Shown: positions 51,703 to 63,059 of the stretch, one piece after another
How positions within the stretch are numbered: the first letter of the stretch is position 1
Layout of the letters: the number at the start of each line of letters is the position of its first letter
DNA from: Takakia lepidozioides
Taxonomy: Eukaryota > Plantae > Bryophyta
Length of the DNA stretch: 64,000 nt
Direction: 5' to 3'
NCBI GenBank assembly: GCA_030704615.1
Contig: CM060731.1
Location: 48,360,001-48,424,000 of the forward strand
Translations under genes and position numbers: made by a program
Notes under the pieces: generated by a model
What the model was told of the DNA's origin: nothing
Database searches by the model: none
The model's input: the letters and a program-made list of their open reading frames with translations, nothing else

Positions 51703-53668
51703 TTACAGAGAAGCAGCAGTAAGAGACATGCAGGTTACGAAGAGATCATGGATATTCATGCATAATCGAATCCATGAGGAAGCTGCTGTGATCTAGGCAT
51801 AAATTGTTAGGGCCCCTAAACTTTTTCACCTCAGATTTGCATTATATACGCTTTATCATGTTTGGCGTTTTCAAGACAGTTTACTTCAATCGCTCTAAGT
51901 CAATTGAAAAATACATTCTAGACACTGATCATCCATACACATAAGATACCGCCCTTGCAAGCTTATGTAGTTGTAACTTTTACTTTGAATTTTGAGTCAC
52001 TACGATGTGGTGTCTAAGATGTAATTAGTGTTAACGTAGAGTGAAAGCTACGTATGTACAGATTTCATCATGTGCCTCAGTTGTGATATGTGGTGTCGCC
52101 TGCCTAGTGTATCTGTCTAGTTGCTGATGATACGGACTACATGGAGCTGCACCACCACCTTGTATGGAATTTGAATAGAGCTGGCGCTTCGGTGGGCCCC
52201 GGTTCCCTGGACGAGAAGTTGGATGTCCGATCTCAAGTGTCCTTGGATTGCGATATAAATATGGAGTACCCAACTGAACATTTGAGCACACTGGATGTTG
52301 AGAGCGATCATCGCCATGGAGGCAAAAGCGTAGTGACGCATACATTGTACAAGCTGCATGCTGAACAATATCCTCAATGGGTTGACATTGTGGCACCGGT
52401 GGCCTTATTGGACCATTCCGCCGTGGCTGATGTTGCCGTTGCAGAGGCGCAGGGTGTCCTGTCGGTGTGGGATGTCCACCAAGAAGAGATGTCTGTCCCA
52501 GAGATGAGAGTTGGAAAGAAGATCTCATGTAATGACCATATGGCTCAGGAAGTGCGTGGCACTTAGCTCCAATCTCCAAGACGCTAGGAAATTGTTGATT
52601 CGCCACCAAATCACTGGTTTCTGCAGATTGACATCGTTACTCGCCCTGGTCAAGAGTTGGGATGTCGGAGGGAGTTTTTGACCATTGAAGTATCTAGTTA
52701 GTCACATACAACTTAACTGTGACCATCTTGTGTGCAATGATACGCCACACCTGGATTTAAAAGTGTCATCTCTCTAGGCCAATAGTTGGAACAAACTATG
52801 ATCGAGTAAGATGTCTCTATCTAGAGACAGACGGTTTAACCATAAATCACAAATCGAACATCATGATAATCTGGGATATATAGCATGTGACGACGAAGTT
52901 GTGATATTTCAGGGGGTCACTTGATTTACCATAAAGCAATCTCAACGATCTGCCCGTATTCTGAAGATCTCTGAGTTTCGCTTGATTGAACGTCATGAGC
53001 CGGCAATAGAAAACGTCTGACAACATATTGAAGTAGTAGTCGTCCTGAATTTGAACCAGTGCGCATTCAGTGTCTAAAAATCCATGTTTCTCATGAACTA
53101 CACTTCTTCAGGACTCGGTGCTAGCAAAAATCCATGCGACTAGAAAACTGATGAAGTCATTTAAGTATTTGCATTTGAGCTTGACCAAGCCAGGTATCAT
53201 GGACCATTCAGTCTGCTGTGCAAAAGTTCATGGAATTGAGAGGGAGGAAAAGAGGGAAAATATATACAGGATTGGCAGCTTGCAGCCAGACCCCTTCCTC
53301 GCATCCAAGAGCTGTGAGTAAAAGCTCAGGGAAATTCAAATGTCCAAGCTCACGAGCGTCGTCAGGCGTCATCCCTTCCATCCTGCAGGGAAATAATTAA
53401 CATTAACTTTATCATATCATGGGGACCATAGGACTACAGTACAAAGAGTTGAAGTAGACTACCTCTGTGCTAGCACCCCCATCAAACCCAAAACCCAATC
53501 TCCACTAGGGCTACAGCTTGTATTAGGAATGTCTAATACTTACAGTCCCACCAAGCACAGACCACGGAAAACTGTCTTGGAGCCAAGCAGTCCCTCATTG
53601 AGAGCAGTTCTCCAATCACCCTGGGCCGGAAGAACAAAGCCATAACAGCGCCAGGAGTCGCAGGCCAT
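51703..53668 (-). CDS. Unknown 5-exon gene, 332 aa (diverged copy 3): join(53544-53668, 53268-53382, 52930-53044, 52060-52620, 51703-51785)
   Basis: All splice sites and phases are conserved and the 999-nt ORF is uninterrupted. Exon 5 is read into a different tail. Confidence 0.7.
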
Positions 53669-55228
53669 TGCAAGAATCTAATGTTCTACAGCGCCAGAGG
53701 CAACAAAAGTGACTTAATTAAGACAAGAAACACAAAGCTCCGGGGACTGACGTTGCAAGGTGCGCCATGCCTTGCTCACCACTTGTGTCTACTTTGTGTT
53801 TTTAAATAGTCCTTCCCCAGACCTCCTCGAGAGTACTTACGCCGAAGGAGGTTTCTGCTTTGTGTTCAAGAATAGTCCTCCCCCAGACCTCCTCTCGATA
53901 CTAGTTATGCCGAAGAGGGCTTGTCTCGTAGATAGAGATCGATCTGGGTGATCTCGATCCACACTGTTGGAACCGCCTAAATCAAACAAGATACCCCAGT
54001 TGTAGAATCTGTTGTAAGAGAAAACCTCCAGAGCAGCGGCACTAATCAGACTCAGGAAATTATTTCAAGCAATCCTGGACTGGGGACATGAGACAACTCT
54101 CCGGCCCTGGATGGGTACAGGTTTCAAAGTATATTCTTTAAACGTTCATCATGCCGTAACCCTTGGAGTCTGAGCGGCATCTTTGCTGGCCCAATACTTA
54201 GAAAGAACATTGAGTACAGATAATATGTATGGATCCCCCTATATCTCTTAGAGGTATGTATCTCTAAGAGATTGGGGGCAGCGAAAAGAAAATCGGTTTT
54301 AGCGATCGGGCCTCTTGAAAAGATCCCCTGTGAGAACCTTGTTAAAGATGCCATATCTCGTTTTTATGTATGCAGCGAATATGTTACAACCGGAGCTTGC
54401 AAATGAAGAATATTTTGTGACTGATTGTGGTTAGTAATCGTAGTGTGCACTTGTTTCCTCTCGTCACCGAGTATTTTCTCCCTGTCATTGCATGGATCAA
54501 CAGTGCTTGGCTATGCATGAGAGCCGCATGGGGGAAGGGATTGTGTTGCTCACTAAGATAAACTAGCACTCCAATGAAACCAGCTACTCATACTGTGGCA
54601 ACCAGCTCACTCTCACAAGTCGAACATGGCAAGCCTTTAGCTAAATTGATGGACAGGTCAGTAGGTCTATACTGAATGGCGGATAGAAGCAAAAAGGTGC
54701 TCTAGATCAATCAGTCTCTCTTGCTGCATTTAATCCAATATGTACCCCCAATCGTTTGAAAGTGAAAATTAACCAAGTTAGTGCTGGTCAGGCACAGTGG
54801 TCTCATTTGGTGAGCCATGCTTCGAGGCTGTAACATTTGTGACTGCACAACTACCAGTCTTTGTTCAGGAAAGAATATTAGTGGAACACACTTGTAAGAA
54901 GATCTTAGCATACAGATTTTTCTGTAGAATATGTTAACCTTTCGATTGGAATATGCCATGGTTTATACTAAGTTCGTGATTACTTGCTCGGGAAGTACGG
55001 AGTAGTGAACAAGGTGTTCTCGTAGAGATCAACGGAGTGAGCACGAGTATATAATGCATGGAGATAAGCTTGCTGAAGGGGGAAAAGTGCTCAGTGTGTG
55101 CCTTATGATGTGACATGTAGTTCGTACGTTCTCTGTTTTGTTTTCTAGTTGTTTTACTACTCCGTTTTTTGGCCTGCTCATTGTGCTGCAATCGCCGAAG
55201 CTGTGAGGCTGCAAAGTGGAAGGAATAG

Positions 55229-56611
55229 ATGGCCGTCAGCACGATGCGCAGATCCTTACGAGTACTGGGAATAGTTTCGGTTATACAATTTTGGTTTGCT
55301 GAAGTAGCCTTAGTTACAGCAACACAACTTGACAATGCGGCTTGTGAGGCAACGGTGCAAACGTGGTCTCAAATGGAGACAAAAAATGTGGAGGCGGATT
55401 TGGCTCAGCAAGAATCTCATCACCGATTGGAGATGCGAAACTTGTTGTTCTTACTGCATGTTCCTAGAACATATAGCGATTGCTTACTCCATCAAATGGT
55501 CGGTCCGAAGCACTGGTGTAACAGCTCTTATGATGAGCTGCGCATTGATCTCAGCCAACCCAATTGCGGATTTTTGGCAACGCACCATGATTATAGCATC
55601 TTGAGCAAATTGCCTTCCCACAAGGTATCGGTGGTGACCAACATGCGTCATCCGCTACACCGCGTTGTAAGTGCGTACGAATTTGCAGTGGAAGTGGCAT
55701 CACGCGTTTTGAGCGATCCAAAGCTAATCACAACGACAACCAAAATCTGGCCCTGGAAGTATCTAGTCCCTCTGCTGCATCAGGACCTATTCGACCGTCG
55801 CGAGGCAAGGATGGGCGCAGTAAAGGTTCCTTCATCAGATCTCTCCTATGATGCACCATCGCTTGTCATGCCCCTGAAGGACTTTATCCATCACCCCATG
55901 TCTCAGGATTTAGTACACAATGGTGCGACATTCCAGTTGGCAGGACTCACGAATAACTCGTTCCCAGAAGGTGCAGAGACTCTTAGAAACTGTGTTGGAC
56001 ACCATCCTCAGCTGGGTCGTCATATACTGAAGGTTGCCATGAGGAGGTTGGATGCGATGTTGTTTGTGGCACTAACGGAAAGGCATCAGGAATCCGCTAC
56101 CATGTTTGCTCGTGCCATGGCTGATCAAGGCTCGATTATACTGCAACCGACATCGGTGTATGACAAGTCGCGGTTGCAAGATTTCCAGGACACAAAAAAT
56201 GGGAGTGCAGAGGAGATTAACTCAGATCTCACAGTTCTAAAGGAACAGCAGGTACAAGAGCTGCTCAAGAAATATATCGCATGCACTAGCTGTAAGCAGC
56301 GAGCCCAAAACCTTCTCCGCGCTAAACCTTTTCAAGCCCTTGCTTCTGTCAACTTCTCCAGCGAGCAGCGAAAGCGCCTACAAGAGCAGTTGGTGGAGGA
56401 AATCTTGGCACTCAACAGTTTGGATGTGGAGCTTTATGCCCAGGCACAATCTCTCTTTGCCGCACAAAAGCAGCATTTTCTGACGGCCTCGATGCCAGAT
56501 GTAAGAGGTCGACACTCTGCCAGCCAGTCGAAAACATTCGGCCAAGACGCAATGGGGATCCGTGGAAGATTGGGCCCGGCTGGTTGGTATTTCTTATTGG
56601 GCTCACAGTGA
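55229..56611 (+). CDS. TPST: Intronless tyrosylprotein sulfotransferase-like retrocopy, 460 aa, probably defective or repurposed
   Basis: Signal peptide plus LHVPRT, ATHHDYS, RVVSAYEFAVEVA, IWPWKYLVP, HNGATFQLAGLTNNS and LNSLDVELY, which match plant TPST. The GGRT residues after HVPRT are missing. Confidence 0.85.
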   Translation: MAVSTMRRSLRVLGIVSVIQFWFAEVALVTATQLDNAACEATVQTWSQMETKNVEADLAQQESHHRLEMRNLLFLLHVPRTYSDCLLHQMVGPKHWCNSSYDELRIDLSQPNCGFLATHHDYSILSKLPSHKVSVVTNMRHPLHRVVSAYEFAVEVASRVLSDPKLITTTTKIWPWKYLVPLLHQDLFDRREARMGAVKVPSSDLSYDAPSLVMPLKDFIHHPMSQDLVHNGATFQLAGLTNNSFPEGAETLRNCVGHHPQLGRHILKVAMRRLDAMLFVALTERHQESATMFARAMADQGSIILQPTSVYDKSRLQDFQDTKNGSAEEINSDLTVLKEQQVQELLKKYIACTSCKQRAQNLLRAKPFQALASVNFSSEQRKRLQEQLVEEILALNSLDVELYAQAQSLFAAQKQHFLTASMPDVRGRHSASQSKTFGQDAMGIRGRLGPAGWYFLLGSQ

Positions 56612-57566
56612 CGTTTAACCTTAGATTTCTTTGTCTTCGACGAAATTCTCCAAGCGCTGGATTGAAGCTATCGAAGGATGCTCATCGCCTACCAGGCTGT
56701 AGAGCAGGATTGTAAGTAGTGCATCTGCAGATCATCCCTTCACCAGCTCGAACATTCATTTCTACCATATACAAGTGTGCTTAATTCATTGCCTCAGGTA
56801 CAACTTTGAGCAAGGAGGAAACCACAGTGTATGCTGCTCACATTTCGCGTGTAATAAGTTAGTTACTACATTCCTGTCGGGGTTGAACGTTTGATTCAAA
56901 AGAGAACAAGCAGACGTTCATGTGATGGGTTGCAAAGGTGCTCGGATCAACATTGTTCAAGCTCATGTGCTTACTTTGCACAGCAAAATTAGGTGTTCCA
57001 TCTTTCTAGTCACTGCCCTGATCATGTACATGTCTGGAAAGCCAATTTCAGTTTTTCAATGGCTTGTGTAACACAGCTGTGCAGAGTTCATAGAAATGGT
57101 TTAGTCCATATACTTGGGATGTGTCATGCCGCCATTGCAAAGGTGGATCATGTGAAACATTCACAAGGTTTGAAACAAGTTAGCTTTGCAGCTACCAGTG
57201 AGACATTTGCAGGCAGGGAAAAGATCCAACGTTGGAAGTAGGCAGTTTGAGTGTCTGTAGAGGGACACAAGAAATTAGTGAAACCCCCCACTTGAAACAA
57301 TAAGCAACATGAGTACAGAGGCAACTATCTAAGCGTCATTGGTGAGATGGTTGTATGATATTCAGTTCAAAAGGTGAGCTTTTAGCTATAGGGTACAATA
57401 TGTATAGATTGTACTCATAAGACGTTGTTTGCCGGTACAATATGTATAGAGAACATCACCAACGAGGATGCGTACAAAAACCCACAACAAACAGCCAGAA
57501 GGAAAGCTTCAACTAGGTATATACCAGTGTTGGACTGGTATATAGGGTCTGGCGTGGTATTAAACC

Positions 57567-57714
57567 AGGGTATTGAAGGTTCCCCGGACGGAAATGCGGT
57601 GTCGCATTTTCGTAACCGACCCGGCTGGTATTGGCTTTTGTAATACTATGGTATTGGCAATTCCAATACTGTGGTTGATAACCAGACCGGCTGGAATTGC
57701 CAAGGCAATACCCG
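57567..57714. mobile_element. Possible small MITE
   Basis: CAGGGTATTG...CAATACCCGG imperfect terminal inverted repeats; no TSD. Confidence 0.25.
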
Positions 57715-58729
57715 GGTGCATACCTGTATTATGGGCGAAAACAAGGTAGATGTGGTTGTGGGTTCAAACCATGCTCTGGTGTGTCATGAAGGTGTCCACC
57801 AGGCCCCTTTGAGCTTGTTCCACCTGGTTGCCAATCTGAAATAAAATATATATTAGCTCCGGTACCGAAGGCGGTAGCCCTTCGGGATGAAGTGACACCA
57901 TGAGCTTAGCTTGCTTCGGCAAGAGTCTTCCTTCTTTTATCATTTATTTAGCTCTCAAGAACTGCCTATTTGATGAGGATCCCACATGTATCCGGGCATA
58001 CATAAACCAGTCATGTTGTCTTGGCACTAAGAGAGTCTGAATTGTAGCAACAATAATCACAGTTACATAATGGAATACTCATCAGACACACATTTGCAAG
58101 AGGTTGAAATATGGCTAGTCCAGAATAAGAGGGAATTAACTGCTAGTTAATAGGGGTCTGCTGTGGTAGGGTCTAGAGAATCTTAGAAAGTGTAGTACCA
58201 GAATTTGCATCTTACTTGGAACTAAGAAACATGTGAGGGGATACATACTTGATGCCTTGTAGCCGAACAAAATTGAGATCATAAAACATGCTGTTAAGAG
58301 TGGCAGGTGGGACCAGCCTGTCCCTGTAACCATAGAAGTAATAGCGTCATATCCAGGCCCCCAAGCAAGTATAAAAAGTCTAAAGGGGATGATATCTTCA
58401 ATGAGCTAAACCACTCATTGATACAGTTTTGATGGGGTGTAAACAGCTCATTACTAAGGGTGCTGCTTATGCACAGGTCGCATTACCTTACAGGCTACAC
58501 CAATTAAATTGGTGTGACTTTGAACATCTGACTTTTAAGTCAATTAGACTTTTTATTGGTAAGACTCTGAGCTGTGAGATGTGTATACTGTTATGTTAGG
58601 CATGAAGCTGTACTCCAGGACACCTGAAGTCAACAAGGAGACGGCAGCACTCAAACAGATTTAGCTCCCACTTGGTAATGATCCAGCTGCTACTTTTGAG
58701 AGCACACCAGCCTTATGTTCACAGTGCAC

Positions 58730-59486
58730 CTGATTCTCAGACCAGAGTGCTCATCAACATCGAATCCGTTGGTAAATGACTTGCTGCCTTGCTGAGAGTT
58801 GAAGCTTGCTGGAGCCAAATGATCTGACTCCGGGAGAAAATTCCTTGCGACATCTCTAAATGCTGCCATGGTCACTTTTCCTTTTGGTCTGGGGGCATCC
58901 TCCTCGGAGCAATAACCTTCAAAAGCCAGTCACGTCGTCAATTTGACTTTAAAACCACTGAATGCCGGTATCGTACTAACACCTTGACTTGTTTTGGATA
59001 AAGACTTCTGAGTGCATGAATGGGTGAGCAGAACATGGGGAGAAATTTACCCGCAGTTGGTGCAGGTGCAGATGGCTCGCTTGATAGATCTGGCATTGCA
59101 GCCTTGGAGACCTGTGCAGGCGAGCACAACACTTGCTGCGCCTTGCCTCCAAATCCCTTCCCTTTCTGTAACAACTGCACCCTCCCCGCGACCTCTTCAA
59201 TGTGCTCTGCTAAACACAACCAAAGAGACAGAATGTACTTAGAAGAACAAACTCACATCAAACAGATTGATAGAAATCTGCCGGAAACTCCGGCAGGGTA
59301 GGGAGAACTTGGCCTACATTCCTGTCCAGAAGCAAAGCATGGTTTCTTTTACTCTCACCATACGGAAATTTAACGAAACCTACCGTTTGCATCTCGGGTA
59401 TCACATGAGGCGCGTGGACTTTCCGGTATGGATTTGTCAGACTGTAGCATCATCAGCAGCTCCAAATCATCCTCCTCATTTTCCAT
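58730..59486 (-). pseudogene. MCM10: MCM10-like 5' fragment: join(59384-59486, 58730-58916); downstream OB-fold exons not found
   Basis: MENEEDDLELLMMLQ...PESP / GYCSEED...AFRDV...DVDEHSGLRI resembles the plant MCM10 N-terminus. The phase-1 GT-AG intron fits, and an E2F site lies upstream. Confidence 0.6.
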
Positions 59487-59879
59487 GTATGCTGTAGAGT
59501 ACAAACTGGAAACCAAGCAGCCTCTTGAGGGAAAACGGGGGATCCTCAAGGAATACTAGAACAGAAGTAGCGATTTTTTCTCCCCAATCTGCGTGGAGCG
59601 GAAGTTGAAAAAGTTATTGAACATCTCACCAAGCTTTAGTTCACCTGCCCGCATTAACAATCGGGGAAGCCTAATATAAACCATGTAGGTGTTGGAGGGG
59701 CAAACCAGGGAACATAGGTGGCACTCATTGCTATCAATGGCAGCCAAGTAGAATTGAGCAAGAAGGCAGAGGGAGAGACTAGACAGACTGACGGAGACCC
59801 GCGAACAGAGGCCTCTTGAGGCGAGACCAGCACTAGAGAAACCTTACAGTGAGGTGGGGTGGACAGGAAACAGAGCAGG

Positions 59880-60283
59880 AGGATACAACAGCAATGACGT
59901 GTATGGTGACAGAATGCCACTTATGTTTGGCCTTGCTCCAAGAACTTAACGCTCTGCTTCCCTTCGCAAGAGAAGGGCTGCCACCAACCACCATCAATTC
60001 ACCGCTAGCCCCTGCCAAAGCCGAGTGATCAAGAAGCCAGAGCCGGAAAAAATCCTGGTCTGGAGCCTTGGACCAAGAAGGCAAACAGCATACAACAGCA
60101 ATGAGGTGTATGGTGACAGAGTGCCACTTACGTTTGGCCTTGCTCCAAGAGCTACAACTAACGCTCTGCTTCCCTTGGCTAGAGAAGAGCTGCCGTCAAC
60201 CACCTTCAATTCACCGCTAGCTCCTGCCAAGGTGATCAAGAAGCCAGAGCAGGAAAATCCTGGTCTGGAGCCTTGCACCAAGA
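59880..60283. repeat. About 205-bp tandem duplication
   Basis: atacaacagcaatga.gtgtatggtgacaga...aatcctggtctggagccttg.accaagaag occurs twice. Confidence 0.85.
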
Positions 60284-60417
60284 AGTCAAACGCGCTCTGC
60301 CTTCCAAATTCAAGAGCCCACGCTTCCAAATGGCGCCAAGCACTAATAAGGCAGAGCGTGACGCTTAAACACGCATGAAACCAACTCCAAGGCGCCAAAG
60401 ACCAGAGGACACAGAAC

Positions 60418-60427
60418 TTTTCCCGCC
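60418..60427. promoter_or_regulatory. E2F consensus site TTTTCCCGCC upstream of the MCM10-like gene
   Basis: Matches TTTSSCGC; E2F regulation is typical of DNA replication genes. Confidence 0.45.
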
Positions 60428-60771
60428 AACTTTTCTCACATTATCAGAATTTTGCAGTCTCACCCTAAAAGATTGTCAATGGAGTGAATCCTATCTCCAC
60501 TTATGCCAAGGTACCTCCAATAATTTTTACCTTTGTAAACTGAGAAAAGTTCCATCAATCCACACTTCATAGTCTGCAACAAATGTAAGATTATTTCTCT
60601 GTCTTTTCTCATCATACATGCTTTCCATCCTTGAAGCTTTACTTTCTAGTACTCCCTTTACACCACCTACTTTCAGACCTATGCTTGACACACACGAGAT
60701 GGCCACCCCCTTCACCGCCAGCTCGACCATCTCCGTGGAACTATCCATACACTCAAACTCCAGATTTACAT

Positions 60772-62416
60772 TCATCCTTGTAATTGAGACTCATTATCCA
60801 AAAATTTAACAAGCACAGCTCCACCCATATACAGGCCAATTAGTGGGCCTGCCAAGAGGACCTGAGTTAAGGGATCAGTTGAGGGGGTCAGAATGGCTGC
60901 TGCAATGACAGCCCCTACCACTACATATCTCCACACAGAGAGCATTTGATCACCGGTAACCAGCTTGGTTTGCCCCAGCAGCAACTGGATCACTGGCACC
61001 TGTCAGTCAAGCAGCCAACAGACCCCAAGTCAGCCATGCCATCAAGGTGTTCATGTCCTTTCTCAAGCCTTATGGAAATTAAACAAGCCTAATGCCAGGA
61101 TCCTCTATGAATGCAGATGCCCTATGCTGGGAACCACTACGTATTAGGGAATGGGCAGGCCGCTGGCGACTCTGCAGGGTAAGCTGCCAGACGAGCTGGG
61201 CGGCGCACCCGCATCGCAGGCAAACAACCACACATGGTAACCAGTTAAACTTTCAATTATGTAATAGATTGGTTGGGCGGTAGGAATGGCTGACCTGAAA
61301 AGCTAGACCAGTACTGAACATGAGCACCAGCACAAACTCAAAGTACTGGTCAATTGACCAAAGCGATTCAACAACACCTTCAGCATACGAGACAAAAAAG
61401 TTGAGAGCTGCTGGCGTCAGGACTGCATAAGAGAATCCAAGGCCTGTGTAGAAGAGGACTGAGGACCCCAGAACAATAGGCGCCAGAAAGCGTCGCTCAC
61501 TCCGCGTTAAACCAGGTATAACAAACGCTATAATTTCATATATAATAACTGGGCTTCCCACCAGTAGCCCGCAGTAACCTGAAACCTGTGTGTATGCAAT
61601 ACAAACCTCCACTAATCAGCTCACTTATACCAAGAAAAGGGCCGTCAATGCTCTAAGGGGTGTATCAAACGAATGAAGAAAACTGCTGCATACCTTCAGT
61701 GTAGTGAAAAAATATTCCCCGGGTGAGAGAGCGAGGAACCGTACACCAAGGGAATAGACCGGAGCTTCCAGCAACACAATGAGGTCTTTAGCAAACACAA
61801 AACAGCCCAAAATGGCCACCCCCACTGCCACCACCGAGACCAGGATCCGTTGCCGTAGTTCTTCCAAATGGTCGAATATCGTCATCTCTTTCTCGTCAGG
61901 AAGCTCCTCTGCAGGCGGGTAGAGCCATGATGATAGCCCCTTCTCTGGCAACTCCAAAACCCTGTCTTTTTCTGGATCTTCCAACTGTAAATCATTCCCT
62001 GACATCAATGAACAGGTAACGAGTAAAGCCTCCCTCAAAGAGAGACACAATATATTCTTCTGACGATAGATCCTGTATAGGAAATTACCATAGACAGAGA
62101 ACCTACCAGGTGGGTCTTCAAGGGCAGATCCGGCGCCTCTCCTTGAGCTGCCATCATCACTGTCCGCCCGACACTTCACAACCCTCACTTCATCTCTTTC
62201 TGCAAGGCACCAAAACCCATCTCTTTCTTCGAAAATACGTTCCGCAATTCGGCCGCAGCGTTTAACAACTCCCCAGTTGTCCGAAGAAGCTGCAGACAAT
62301 TTCACACCATGCCTGCCCTTAGGTCTACCTGAGTGGAAAGGAGACACTGAAGGCGTGCTAGGCAGATGATTACAAATACAAGTGTGCGGCAACCAAAGGT
62401 GCAATGCTCCTGCCAT
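60772..62416 (-). CDS. tatC: Chloroplast twin-arginine translocase subunit cpTatC, 377 aa: join(62107-62416, 61694-61998, 61295-61585, 60772-60999)
   Basis: Transit peptide, [42 protein letters not shown] and TPSTDPLTQ. Three GT-AG introns give a 1134-nt ORF. Confidence 0.95.
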
Positions 62417-63059
62417 CTCTGTGTTTGCGAACCACACACCCTCTCCCTCAATCTCCTCTTCCCCCTGCTCTCCTCACTCTACTGTCGATGCAGCAGCTAG
62501 CCTACCTTAGCTTACACTACCAAATAGTTGGAGTCTAATTTGTGATAAAAGTGCTATTAAAGATGCCATACATATCTGCTTTTTATGTATGCAGGAATAT
62601 GTTACAATATGTTGTCAATGAAGAATATTTTGTGACTGACTCTCGTCAGTAATTTGTAGTGTACAATTGTTTCCCTCATGTCACCGAGTATTTTCTCCCT
62701 CTCATTGCATGGATCAGAGTAGTTGGCTATGAGAGCCGCATGGGGGAAGGGATTGTGATGCTCACTAAGGTCTGCATGTCTGCACTCCAAAGGAACCTAC
62801 TCATGCTGTGGCAACCTGACTCTCACAAGTGGAACATGGCAAAGGAAAAGCCTTTCTAGTCTAAGCTAAATTAAAGGACAGGTTCAGTAGGTCTGAGATA
62901 CTGAATGGCAGATACAAGCAAACAGGTGCTCAATGTTGTATAGATCAGTCTCTCTTCTTGCATATTTTTTTTTCCCCAACCAAAATGAAAACCAACCAAG
63001 CAGGGGTAGATGTAGGTGTCCATGTGAAGCAAAGCACTTCTTTTCATGTATTTTCTTTG

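Larger units (their letters stand above)
45805..54790. repeat. Third, older copy of the 4950-8245 segment, interrupted by the Copia at 46265-51661
   Basis: 45810-46264 aligns to about 4955-5293 and 51662-54790 to about 5289-8220. Confidence 0.85.

Noticed and set aside
33685-56611. PAL plus sulfotransferase as a sulfated-phenylpropanoid gene cluster
   Set aside because: The sulfotransferase is of the protein-tyrosine (TPST) type with a damaged PAPS loop, not a small-molecule SOT, and no other pathway enzymes are present.
61625-62437. 270-aa ORF suggesting an extended TatC
   Set aside because: It reads through a 108-nt in-frame intron (61999-62106) and into intron 2.
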